DNA of 32,000 bases from Fibrobacter succinogenes subsp. succinogenes S85 (GTDB taxonomy: Bacteria > Fibrobacterota > Fibrobacteria > Fibrobacterales > Fibrobacteraceae), in assembly GCF_000146505.1 (NCBI RefSeq), contig NC_017448.1, positions 480,001 to 512,000 of the forward strand. Reading direction: 5' to 3'. Position 1 is the stretch's first letter. Every line of letters begins with the position of its first letter. Shown here one piece after another: positions 6,962 to 15,270 of the stretch. The position numbers were made by a program, and so were the translations under genes. The notes under the pieces are model-generated. The model had not been told where the DNA came from and made no database searches. It was given only the letters and a program-made list of their open reading frames with translations.

Positions 6962-7592
6962 AACGGAACTCCTTTGTAGCTTTTTGTGCTACTGGGAAGC
7001 CGCGTAACTGCGCCGGAGAGAACTTCCACTGGCGAATAGCCTTGAGCGCTTCGATATCAAAGCCATAGCCAGCCGGGTCCTGCGTCAGCACCTGAGCCTG
7101 AGCCACGTCGCCGTTCACATCAATCACAATAAATACTTTCACGTAACCCGAGACGCCCATTTTCTTGGCGCGTTCAGGGAACTTCGGCTGGATTTCGCGC
7201 AACACTTGCGCCTGTTCATCCACTTCGCCAGCCTCGTAAATAACATTTTCCATCGAGCCTGCATCTACGGCAACGCCATCGCCAGCAGCACCGCGAGCAA
7301 GCGACAAATCCATCTGGAAATTCTGACTGCGAGATACACCCATGTGCGCCGAAACCTTGAACGTGTTCGGAGTCGCCACCGTACGGATGACCTTCTGCTT
7401 CACTTCGGGCTTTTTCTCACTCACGAGGACTTCAACTTCGGTCACTTCTTCGAGAACTTTTTCGGACTTCACGCCTTTATCGAAGAACAACACGTTGATG
7501 ACCGGGATCGCAAGGAAGAACACCGCGCCCACGACAAACGAGAGCACAAACGCCACCGGGAATCGGAAATATTTCGCACAAAAGTCAAGCAT
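6951..7592 (-). CDS. tonB: energy transducer TonB
   Basis: N-terminal TM anchor, then a TonB C-terminal domain (GYVKVFIVIDVNGDVAQAQVLTQDPAGYGFDIEALKAIRQWKFSPA). It follows exbB and exbD. Confidence 0.85.
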   Translation of the reverse strand: MLDFCAKYFRFPVAFVLSFVVGAVFFLAIPVINVLFFDKGVKSEKVLEEVTEVEVLVSEKKPEVKQKVIRTVATPNTFKVSAHMGVSRSQNFQMDLSLARGAAGDGVAVDAGSMENVIYEAGEVDEQAQVLREIQPKFPERAKKMGVSGYVKVFIVIDVNGDVAQAQVLTQDPAGYGFDIEALKAIRQWKFSPAQLRGFPVAQKATKEFRFVK

Positions 7593-7603
7593 GAGAGCGA
7601 GAG

Positions 7604-8008
7604 CTACTCCTCCTTATTCGCGGAAATGGAGACTTTTCTCACCTTCGCCAAATTACATTCATCGAGGATATCAACCACGACTCCGTTGGGAGCGTCACGG
7701 TCGCTCACGATAATCACCGGGCGGTCCGGTGCTTCGGCCATCATCTGGCGGAGCACGGTCTGCAAAGTCGAGAGGTTCACCTGCGTCTCGTTGATGTGGA
7801 TGGTCCCCTGACGGGTGACACCAATCAAAATGCTTTCCTTCGCGAGTTCCTTTGCGGTACTCGCCTTCGGCTTCGTCACATCCACGCCAGTTTCTCGCGT
7901 AAACGTCGAAGTCACGATGAAGAAGATCAAAAGGATGAACACCATATCGAGCATCGGAGAGACATCAATGCCTCCACCGCTTCTCGAACGTTTACGGATA
8001 AAACTCAT
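7604..8008 (-). CDS. exbD: biopolymer transport protein ExbD/TolR
   Basis: 134 aa with IDVSPMLDMVFILLIFFIVTSTF (the ExbD TM motif). It overlaps exbB by 4 nt (ATGA). Confidence 0.9.
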   Translation of the reverse strand: MSFIRKRSRSGGGIDVSPMLDMVFILLIFFIVTSTFTRETGVDVTKPKASTAKELAKESILIGVTRQGTIHINETQVNLSTLQTVLRQMMAEAPDRPVIIVSDRDAPNGVVVDILDECNLAKVRKVSISANKEE

Positions 8009-8637
8009 TCAACCTCCTTGGCAAAGCAACGTTCTTCGAACTTGAGCGCTTCGCCCCAGGCAAAATCACCAATAGAATCTACTCGACTTTCGAGATAGTT
8101 ATAAACGAGCATCAACGGGAACGCGACAAGCAAGCCCGCCTGCGTCGTGAGGAGCGCTTCGGAAATGCCATCGGCCAAGAGCACCGGGTTTCCAAAGCCA
8201 AATTGCTTAATCGTCTCGAACGTATGCACCATGCCAGATACCGTTCCCAGAAGTCCGAGGAGCGGAGCAATCGAAGCGCAAGTCACAATCGTCTTGAGCG
8301 ACTTGGAAAGGCTCACGTCCAGTTCGTGACGCGTCGCGAGCATCGCATTGCGTACAGCCACAGGACCATCGTTACGGTACTTCCGCACGTTTTCGACCAA
8401 AGCCAAGAAGTAGCCAAAGCGGCGCTTGCGGAGTTTTGCAAAAGCAGCCTCCTCGCCCACCGTGTCCAAATCCTTGAAGAACTTCGAAGTCGAAGTGCCC
8501 TTCAGCATAAAATAATAGCCGTATCGTTCAAACATCAAGAACCAGCCCAGCCACCCAATCAGGAATAGCGGGAGCAACACCCAGCCGCCGCGCAGCAGGA
8601 TGCTCATGGTCGCTTCGATGACGGAATACTCGTCCAT
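8005..8637 (-). CDS. exbB: MotA/TolQ/ExbB proton-channel protein
   Basis: 210 aa with three TM segments and the conserved block IAPLLGLLGTVSGMVHTF...LLADGISEALLTTQAGLLVAFP. Confidence 0.9.
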   Translation of the reverse strand: MDEYSVIEATMSILLRGGWVLLPLFLIGWLGWFLMFERYGYYFMLKGTSTSKFFKDLDTVGEEAAFAKLRKRRFGYFLALVENVRKYRNDGPVAVRNAMLATRHELDVSLSKSLKTIVTCASIAPLLGLLGTVSGMVHTFETIKQFGFGNPVLLADGISEALLTTQAGLLVAFPLMLVYNYLESRVDSIGDFAWGEALKFEERCFAKEVE

Positions 8638-10205
8638 TACTTTTCCTTAATCCAGATAGCGTTGAGGACGGCAAGGCCCGTCTTTTCCATACGGGTACGG
8701 ACAGAATCCGAGATGTTCACGAGGAGCGTGTGCAAGAGCTGGAGCGGGATAGCCACGATAAGGCCAGCTTCCGTCGTCACAAGGGCAATGGAAATACCGC
8801 CTGCCAAAAGTTTCGGGTCGCTCGTGCCGTGCATGGTGATGACATTGAAAAGTTCAATCATACCCATAACGGTACCCAAAAGACCGAGGAGCGGTGCAGT
8901 CGAGGCAAACACGGAAATCCAGCTGAGGCCCATTTCAAGCTTCGGCACTTCGCCAGCGAACAGGACTTCGAGAGACTTTTCGGCGCTGGCACGGTCCTTG
9001 AAATTCTTGCCAAGCACGGAGCGCAACACCTTGCCCACTTCACCATGAGCACTTTGGGATTCAGCCGTTGCAAGACGGAGGTCGCGATTTGCGAGAGCCT
9101 TTACCGCATTGCGTGCACCACGGCCACCAAAACCAAGCACGAGGAGCCAAACAAGGCGCACGAGGAAGATGATAAGGCCGAGGATAAAGAGCGTTGCAAT
9201 CGGGTACATCAGAATGCCACCGTTGTGGAAAAATTCAGCAAAGTCTTCTTTCCACGTGGTTTCCTGGTGGTTTGCAAGTTCACTCGAAAGTTCGGTACTG
9301 AGGAGGACATCGACCGGCACCATCACGAAAGCGGAATCGTTAGCGCCAGCAAAAGCCTTTGCCACATCCTTGCGCGTTTCGGGAGAGAGATTTTCTTGCC
9401 AGCTATAGACGCGCTTCTTTTCGCCTGCCACCGGGAGCATCAAAGCCGACGGATGGAAGCCGTTGATGTCTGTGACCTTCGCCATCTGCATAGCAAAGAG
9501 GCCGCCCAAGCGCATGCGGTCGCCTTCGGCAACCGAGCTACCGAACATGAGGTCCGCCTTTTCGGTGCGGACTTCACGCGTAAACTTCATTTCTTTCTTG
9601 GCAACGTCGAGCATCGCGCGGGCAATGCGGAGCGGGTCATCACGGTAGAGCCCCATCTCTTTCTTGACCTTATTCTGCGCTTCGACGCGATCGGCAACCT
9701 TGAACGGCACGCCCTGTTCCTGGAACTTGGCGAGCATTTCCAAGCGTTCCGGACCTGCAGCGAGCGAGAGGTATTCGGCACGTGCCTTTTCAGCCTGGAG
9801 CTTGACCTGTGCCAAGTCTTCGCGAGCCACGCGCACATCTTCGAGCAAGCGGGTACGTTCGGACATCAAGGCATCCACGCGTTCCTTGCCGAGCTGATAC
9901 TTTTCATTGAAGAGTTCACGTTCCTTGTTGAACGTTTCGCGGTCCTTCCATCGGGCGGCGACAGCCATGTCGCGCTTGCGGCGGGCTTCTTCGAGATCAG
10001 CCTTAGCGCTGTTGAGTTCGGCGCGTTTCTTGACGGCATCAACAGTCGTGTTCTGCTGAGCATTAGAAGCAGGAGCGAGAAGCAAAACTAAGACGAGAGG
10101 CGAGAGACGAGAGACGAGAGATAAACGCCTCAAAAAACCGCTACTAGAAGACACTCTTTCGTCTTTCGTCTGAAGGGGCGAAGCACCGTTCTTTCGTCTA
10201 AACAT
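8637..10205 (-). CDS. large MotA/TolQ/ExbB-family protein with a ~330 aa N-terminal periplasmic coiled-coil domain (TtpC-like)
   Basis: The C-terminus carries TAPLLGLLGTVMGMIELF...LLAGGISIALVTTEAGLIVAIP. The N-terminus has signal peptide ...LSPLVLVLLLAPASNA|QQ. The ATG at 10205 overlaps the upstream TAA (TAATG). Confidence 0.85.
   Translation of the reverse strand: MFRRKNGASPLQTKDERVSSSSGFLRRLSLVSRLSPLVLVLLLAPASNAQQNTTVDAVKKRAELNSAKADLEEARRKRDMAVAARWKDRETFNKERELFNEKYQLGKERVDALMSERTRLLEDVRVAREDLAQVKLQAEKARAEYLSLAAGPERLEMLAKFQEQGVPFKVADRVEAQNKVKKEMGLYRDDPLRIARAMLDVAKKEMKFTREVRTEKADLMFGSSVAEGDRMRLGGLFAMQMAKVTDINGFHPSALMLPVAGEKKRVYSWQENLSPETRKDVAKAFAGANDSAFVMVPVDVLLSTELSSELANHQETTWKEDFAEFFHNGGILMYPIATLFILGLIIFLVRLVWLLVLGFGGRGARNAVKALANRDLRLATAESQSAHGEVGKVLRSVLGKNFKDRASAEKSLEVLFAGEVPKLEMGLSWISVFASTAPLLGLLGTVMGMIELFNVITMHGTSDPKLLAGGISIALVTTEAGLIVAIPLQLLHTLLVNISDSVRTRMEKTGLAVLNAIWIKEK
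10088..10202 (-). repeat. heptamer-palindromic element, copy B
   Basis: Minus-strand read: TTTAGACGAAAGAACGGTGCTTCGCCCCTTCAGACGAAAGACGAAAGA, a 35-nt spacer, then TCTCTCGTCTCTCGTCTCTCGCCTCTCGTCTTAG. It starts right after the ATG of the TtpC-like gene. Confidence 0.9.
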
Positions 10206-10996
10206 TAGTTAGCCTCCTTCGGAAAAGATACTGGGATAGTCACAAGTCTTGGAGCGGTCTTGCCTTCGGCGACCTTCATCACGTCCTTGAGGACTGTGCG
10301 CATCGTGAGGTCTTCGGAGACGTTCTTCCAGGAGTAGCCGAGACCGTTACGAGTGAGGAACAAAACATCGTTACCGTCATTGCTGACGAAAATCGAGGCG
10401 ACTGCACCGTAGCGCAAATACGTTCCAGCCACGTTGCGAGCGTCCACCTGCAAAAAGCCCTTCCAAACTTCGGTGGTGTAACCCAGGCGGATGCGGTCGT
10501 AAAAGACTTCCATCGTGCGGTTCAAGGCGTCGTCCGTTTCGATTAGGCCCTTGTGCAACATGCTTGCGATTTCCAGGATGTTCTTGACTGCTTCGTCCGT
10601 GCGGTACGGGAAATCCGATTCAAAGAACGGTACGAGAGAATCGATGACCGTCGCAAGAGAATCGGCGTACTTCGTCTTGCGGTTTTCGAAATAGCGGATT
10701 GAGCCATTCGTCTTGGAGCGGGCCGCTGAAATTTTCTTGAGTTCGACCTTGAGCGAATCGATTTCGGCTTTCAAGGACTTGTTCTGGGCCGAGAGGTTCT
10801 GCACCTTTTTGCGACCGACTTCAACGAATTCGGCATGGCGCTTCTTTTCGGCTTCGTGCATAGATTTTTCGCGAGCGGTTTCGGCCTCGACCGTCTTGAT
10901 TTGGCGACGAACGCTTTCTACCGTTTCTTGGGCAACGGCAAAAACGCCAGAAAGCCCCAGACACAACAATACTTTAGGAAGGAATGAAAATTTCAT
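10205..10996 (-). CDS. DUF3450-like periplasmic coiled-coil protein (TtpB-like, first gene of the TonB2-type cluster)
   Basis: Signal peptide MKFSFLPKVLLCLGLSGVFAVAQE, then a coiled coil, then a C-terminal domain (LRYGAVASIFVSNDG...). I chose the start at 10996. The ORF track extends to 11044, and 11002 is also possible. Confidence 0.7.
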   Translation of the reverse strand: MKFSFLPKVLLCLGLSGVFAVAQETVESVRRQIKTVEAETAREKSMHEAEKKRHAEFVEVGRKKVQNLSAQNKSLKAEIDSLKVELKKISAARSKTNGSIRYFENRKTKYADSLATVIDSLVPFFESDFPYRTDEAVKNILEIASMLHKGLIETDDALNRTMEVFYDRIRLGYTTEVWKGFLQVDARNVAGTYLRYGAVASIFVSNDGNDVLFLTRNGLGYSWKNVSEDLTMRTVLKDVMKVAEGKTAPRLVTIPVSFPKEAN

Positions 10997-11060
10997 GTGC
11001 ATAAAATACAAAGAAGTGCGACCAAAATTCACGCACTGATTCAATTTTTATGTAAAAACG

Positions 11061-11092
11061 GCGCAAAAAACGCATTTTTTCGCGTTTTTGCG
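11061..11092 (-). terminator. intrinsic terminator after the rluA-family gene
   Basis: A near-perfect ~12-bp inverted repeat (GCGCAAAAAACGC / GCGTTTTTGCG) lies immediately downstream of the TAA (11093-11095), followed on the minus strand by CCGTTTTT. Confidence 0.6.
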
Positions 11093-12058
11093 TTATTCTG
11101 CGAGGAGTTTTGCCATGTCTGCGGGGTATGCGTGGCTTTCGAAGGTGCGGGGTTCTTTCCAGTACGGGAGCTGGAGTTCAACCTTGTACGCAAAAAGCAT
11201 CTGGTTGTGAGCTCCAAGAACCTTGATATCTTCGTCGGTGAGTTCTCCACCCTGCGCGAGTTTCTGGTAAAATTCACCATCGCGGTAATACAGGCGGTCC
11301 CCCACAATCGGGTAACCCATCTCGGCGAGGTGCGCACGGATTTGGTGTTTACGTCCCGTAATGAGCTCCGCCTCGACGAGCGAAAGTTCCGGTGCAATTT
11401 CGGGGCAATCCAAATGGCGCACGAGCTTAAAGCGCGTAAAGCATTCCTTGCCACCTTCACGGTGGTGCATGCGCAAGCGAATCGGGTCTTCCGGGTCTTC
11501 ACGCAAAGGCATGTGGCATTCCACTTCGCCTTCCGGGAACTTTCCACGTACAACTGCGAGGTAGAACTTGCGAAGCAAAATGCGGTCCAGATTTTTCTGG
11601 AAACGTGCAGCCGTTTCGCCATACCTTGCAAACAAGATAAGTCCGCCCGTATCGCGGTCCAGTCGATGCATCGGCGTTGCCGTCTCGGAATCGAATTCAC
11701 GGCGGATGATCGCTGCAAACGTGTTGTAGAAAATGCGACCCGTATGATGCACCGGGACGCCAGCCGGCTTTGCGACTAGAATAAATTCATCATCTTCAAA
11801 GACCGTTTCAAAATCGGTCGGGACTTCGGGCTCGCTGTAATTTTCGACATGGTAAACGACCTTGTCGCCGCGATGCGCTACAGTCTCTACATTGGCTGTT
11901 GCACCATTAATCGTCACGAGTCCGCGCGTCAGGCGGTCTATCCAGTCTTCACGGCTGTGGTACGTGAAACGGTCGCAAAGGGAATCGAGCAAAAGGCGGC
12001 CTTCGTATTCAAGGCGCACTTCGCTTTCAAAGAACATATCTGACGGAGCCTTGCCCAT
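11093..12058 (-). CDS. RluA-family 23S rRNA/tRNA pseudouridine synthase
   Basis: Catalytic motif HRLDRDTGGLILFAR, an S4-like N-terminus, and KHQIRAHL near the C-terminus. I chose the start at the ATG at 12058 (MGKAPSD...) so that it does not overlap nadD. Confidence 0.85.
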   Translation of the reverse strand: MGKAPSDMFFESEVRLEYEGRLLLDSLCDRFTYHSREDWIDRLTRGLVTINGATANVETVAHRGDKVVYHVENYSEPEVPTDFETVFEDDEFILVAKPAGVPVHHTGRIFYNTFAAIIRREFDSETATPMHRLDRDTGGLILFARYGETAARFQKNLDRILLRKFYLAVVRGKFPEGEVECHMPLREDPEDPIRLRMHHREGGKECFTRFKLVRHLDCPEIAPELSLVEAELITGRKHQIRAHLAEMGYPIVGDRLYYRDGEFYQKLAQGGELTDEDIKVLGAHNQMLFAYKVELQLPYWKEPRTFESHAYPADMAKLLAE

Positions 12059-12059
12059 T

Positions 12060-12689
12060 TTATTCCCTGTACAAATCGTGCTTGATGATGTAATCGTAAA
12101 CGGACGGTTCCAGCCCCTGCGGGCAAACACTCCGGTTCAGCAAAAGCGACCTGCGGATGGCGGTACTTGAATAAACGCCGTTAAAGCCCTGTTCCGGCCC
12201 AAGCCAGTAAAGCGGAGCGTAACCATTGCGTTTATGTTGTTCCATATCCGGTTGCGGGTAACCATTGCGGGCAAAGACAATCAGTTCAATATCGCGGAGC
12301 AACAAATGGCCGTTGTAGTTCGTGCCGTAAAAATTCAAGGGGTCGCGCCAATGTGGGATACCTTCATAAGTATCGGCACCCGTGAGCAAGCGGAAATTAA
12401 TTTCCGGGAATTTTTCCTTGAGGCTCATCAAGAACACGTACGAGCCGCGATAATCGCCCTGCTGGATTTCCAGATCAGAAAGGAACAAACGCTTATCGCC
12501 TGAGAATGCAAGTTCGAGCATTGCAAAGCGGTCTTCTGGCGAAGTGTTCAACTGCTTGTCCCAGCGATCGGGACTCGGCATAAACCAGACTTCATCACAA
12601 AAACCTCGGTCCAAGCAGGTTCTAGCCACACGCATGTGGTCTTTATGGACCGGATCAAAAGCACCACCCAAAACAGCAACATTCTTCAT
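12060..12689 (-). CDS. nadD: nicotinate-nucleotide adenylyltransferase
   Basis: VAVLGGAFDPVHKDHMRVA matches the GGxFDPxHxxH nucleotidyltransferase motif. SSTAIR lies near the C-terminus (ISSTxxR motif). Confidence 0.85.
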   Translation of the reverse strand: MKNVAVLGGAFDPVHKDHMRVARTCLDRGFCDEVWFMPSPDRWDKQLNTSPEDRFAMLELAFSGDKRLFLSDLEIQQGDYRGSYVFLMSLKEKFPEINFRLLTGADTYEGIPHWRDPLNFYGTNYNGHLLLRDIELIVFARNGYPQPDMEQHKRNGYAPLYWLGPEQGFNGVYSSTAIRRSLLLNRSVCPQGLEPSVYDYIIKHDLYRE

Positions 12690-12714
12690 AACACAACTCG
12701 TCAGTATTTACAAA

Positions 12715-13344
12715 TTAATAGACAAACACAGAGAATCCAAGATTCATCTGCCAACGTCCACCCGAAACATCCCTATCAATCAACGGGTCATAATGTTCAA
12801 GCACCCAATGGTAACCAATATCAAGCGTCAGGAACGTTCTTGAGAAAACAATCCAGAACGTACCAAACCCTGCACTCCATTCATTCCATGCGACATCGCC
12901 TTTTTCGCTAAGCGCATTCACTCGAGAATAAGAACCTTTCACGAAAAATTCACTGAGGAGATGCACACCCAAATCAATGCTAAGATCCGAACTTTCAACT
13001 TCACTCTTACGGCCTTCGTCATCCTTTTCTTCGTAGCTCGAAAAGCCATAACCCAAGCGAACAAAGGCAAGGCCTGGCATCCATGCTCCAATCATTGGCT
13101 TGATTTGGCAAATGCCGACTCCGTTACCATCGCCAACACCCGCTCCTGAGCCAAGCCCAAAAGTACCGCCCAAGAATAGCGGCCAGCGCATACTAGTCCC
13201 CGCCCCCGCAGAAGCCCCACCAAACGGACTAGAAACAGCAGGCGAAGAACCCGAGAAGCCCTGAGCAAGCGAGCTCGTTGCCCCAGCAAGGACAAAGGCC
13301 AAAGACAAAACAATACGTTTTACAAAGTTCATTGAAAATTTCAT
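12715..13344 (-). CDS. putative small outer-membrane beta-barrel protein
   Basis: Signal peptide MKFSMNFVKRIVLSLAFVLAGATSSLA|Q and a Gly/Ser-rich linker. The remainder has an alternating hydrophobic pattern and the product ends ...GFSVFVY (aromatic C-terminus). Confidence 0.55.
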   Translation of the reverse strand: MKFSMNFVKRIVLSLAFVLAGATSSLAQGFSGSSPAVSSPFGGASAGAGTSMRWPLFLGGTFGLGSGAGVGDGNGVGICQIKPMIGAWMPGLAFVRLGYGFSSYEEKDDEGRKSEVESSDLSIDLGVHLLSEFFVKGSYSRVNALSEKGDVAWNEWSAGFGTFWIVFSRTFLTLDIGYHWVLEHYDPLIDRDVSGGRWQMNLGFSVFVY

Positions 13345-13345
13345 A

Positions 13346-13756
13346 TTATAGCACCAAAACCAATGCAAAGGCAAGGCCCATCACGGCATTAAAAAAGGCA
13401 TCGTACTTTGAAACAAGAAAGCTCTTTTGAGAAAGCGTTCTGTCGTGTAAAATTTGAATCAAAACCTTATCCGAAAGAAGCAATGTAATTATCAATTTGC
13501 TGACCACAATAGCCACAAGCCAAATCACAATATCCGAAAAATAAATCAGCACCGAATAGCCGATAGACAACACGCTAGACAGCAAAAGATTAGACCTGCG
13601 CAAATCAGCATCAGAGGCAGCATTGTCTTTTGCCATTTGCAAAAACTGGCTTGCTTTTTCAGAAACAACATTATAGCTAGCCACAAATTCCGATATATTA
13701 TAGCCCATCAGGATAATCGAAGCGATGAGCGCAATTTTTACAACATAATCAGACAT
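13346..13756 (-). CDS. hypothetical integral membrane protein (136 aa)
   Basis: Four hydrophobic segments; tightly packed between rsgA and the OMP-like gene. Confidence 0.5.
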   Translation of the reverse strand: MSDYVVKIALIASIILMGYNISEFVASYNVVSEKASQFLQMAKDNAASDADLRRSNLLLSSVLSIGYSVLIYFSDIVIWLVAIVVSKLIITLLLSDKVLIQILHDRTLSQKSFLVSKYDAFFNAVMGLAFALVLVL

Positions 13757-13760
13757 TGAA

Positions 13761-14993
13761 TTACTTTCCTGAATTCAAAATTCGTACATAACTTGCATAG
13801 CGAGCTTCAGAAATTTTGCCCGATTCAACAGCAGCACGCACAGCACAGCCCGGTTCCTTAAGGTGTTTGCAGTTGCTAAACTTGCACGTGAACAAATCAT
13901 CTTCGAAAAAACCCGGAAAAATCTTAGCAAGCGTTTCGGGTTCCATGTCCATAAGGCCAATGCTACGAATGCCCGGCGTATCGATTACGTAACCACCACC
14001 CGGGAAATCAAACAAGCTCGAAGAGGTCGTCGTATGGCGACCCTTGCCGTCGCGTTCACGAACATCTCCCGTGCGCAGTTCGGCGTGAGGAACAAGTTCA
14101 TTAATCAATGTAGACTTGCCGACACCGCTCATGCCACTAAAGACTGAGGACTTTCCGACGAGTTCATTGCGCAGAACTTCGAGGCCATCCCCACTTTTAA
14201 CGCTCACGGGAATCACCTTGTCCACGATTTTCATGAAGTCGCGGATATCGCTCGAAAGGTCCGCTTCGCCGTTCGGCAGCAAATCCATCTTGGTGAGCAC
14301 GAGCACAAACGGCAAATCGTTCAAGTTTGCGGCAAGCAAAAAGCGGTCCATGAATCCGTAGTTGAATTCCGGCTGCGTCACGCTTGCGACAATCACGACC
14401 TGGTCAATATTAGCGGCAAGCGTCTGCTGCTTGTAGAAGCTATCACGCGGGCCCGGGCGCTTGAGTTCGCTCTTTCGCGGGAGCACACGCACAACGCAAT
14501 ACTTCTGCGAACCGACGCCATCGCCTTCGTCATCTGCATCGTTCACGAGACCGAGCAAAACGCGGTCGCCCACGGCAGGAAATTCACCAAGCGTTTTGGA
14601 CGTTGTCGCACGGTACATGGCAGTAACTGTGTTAGACGAAAGACGAGAGTCGAGAGACGAGAGAGGGGTATTTTCTTTCGTCTCTCGTCTGTAGCTCGCG
14701 TCAGCGAGCGTTCTATCGTCTAACCGCACTTCGCAGGTGCGGCGGTGGACTTCGAGCACAAGGCCTTCCACACAATTTTCTTCACCGATGTTTTCAACCG
14801 GATTCTTGATACGCTTGATTTTCGCCTTTTTAAATTCGCGACTGAAACGTTCCTTGATAGGACGTTCATCAACGACTCCCGATTCCAATTCACGCATCAC
14901 GTCGATACGGCGGCTTCTGTGTTCGCGTCTTGATGTGCGAACACTCTTCAAAGGAGCTTCATTTTCGTCGGAATCAAAATCGTTATTTCGCAT
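13761..14993 (-). CDS. rsgA: ribosome small-subunit-dependent GTPase A (RsgA/YjeQ) with a basic N-terminal extension and an in-frame repeat-element insertion
   Basis: Circularly permuted GTPase motifs LVLTKMDL (NKxD-type) and FSGMSGVGKSTLINEL (G1), plus the zinc knuckle CKFSNCKHLKEPGCAV. The OB-fold strands VEGLVLEVHRRTCEV ... VTAMYRA...AVGDRVLL are split by about 30 codons. Confidence 0.9.
   Translation of the reverse strand: MRNNDFDSDENEAPLKSVRTSRREHRSRRIDVMRELESGVVDERPIKERFSREFKKAKIKRIKNPVENIGEENCVEGLVLEVHRRTCEVRLDDRTLADASYRRETKENTPLSSLDSRLSSNTVTAMYRATTSKTLGEFPAVGDRVLLGLVNDADDEGDGVGSQKYCVVRVLPRKSELKRPGPRDSFYKQQTLAANIDQVVIVASVTQPEFNYGFMDRFLLAANLNDLPFVLVLTKMDLLPNGEADLSSDIRDFMKIVDKVIPVSVKSGDGLEVLRNELVGKSSVFSGMSGVGKSTLINELVPHAELRTGDVRERDGKGRHTTTSSSLFDFPGGGYVIDTPGIRSIGLMDMEPETLAKIFPGFFEDDLFTCKFSNCKHLKEPGCAVRAAVESGKISEARYASYVRILNSGK
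14632..14722 (-). repeat. heptamer-palindromic element, copy C (inside the rsgA coding sequence)
   Basis: Minus-strand read: TTAGACGATAGAACGCTCGCTGACGCGAGCTACAGACGAGAGACGAAAGAAAATACCCCTCTCTCGTCTCTCGACTCTCGTCTTTCGTCTAA. The modular order is the same as in copies A, B and E. Confidence 0.9.
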
Positions 14994-15270
14994 TTTTCTT
15001 CAATTTAGAAAGTTTTTCGTCTTCGAGCTCCCGCGCTTCTTCCAATTCCTCTTCAGTCACCGGGCGTCCACGGCGAATTGATTCCATCAAAAAATGAATC
15101 GCCTTCAGGCGGCCATTGCACTTTTCGATGCAATTGTCGTAAAAACCTTTCGTTTTCCAATCGCTTTCGGGAATATGTTCCGAAGCGTACAGAAAATGCT
15201 CAACGCAAATAGAAAGCTGTTCCGCTTCCTTTCTCAAATCTTCCAAATTACTCTTCGTAAAAAAAGGCAT
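14983..15270 (-). CDS. hypothetical protein (95 aa, acidic/basic C-terminal helix)
   Basis: ATG-initiated ORF overlapping the rsgA start by 11 nt; no family recognised. Confidence 0.45.
   Translation of the reverse strand: MPFFTKSNLEDLRKEAEQLSICVEHFLYASEHIPESDWKTKGFYDNCIEKCNGRLKAIHFLMESIRRGRPVTEEELEEARELEDEKLSKLKKNAK

Noticed and set aside
7593-7603. GAGAGCGAGAG between exbD and tonB, considered as a remnant of the heptamer element
   Set aside because: It is only 11 nt, lacks TAGAC boxes and a palindromic partner, and is indistinguishable from chance.
8730-10091. 453-aa ORF antisense to the TtpC-like gene, plus several shorter overlapping frames
   Set aside because: The sense frame has clear MotA/ExbB motifs and operon coupling. 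The antisense product (HK/E/F-rich) has no domain features and no start context.
10997-11779. 260-aa plus-strand ORF overlapping the rluA-family gene and the DUF3450 start
   Set aside because: The minus-strand frame carries the HRLDRDTGG catalytic motif. The plus-strand ORF spans a terminator and an intergenic region and has no recognisable features.
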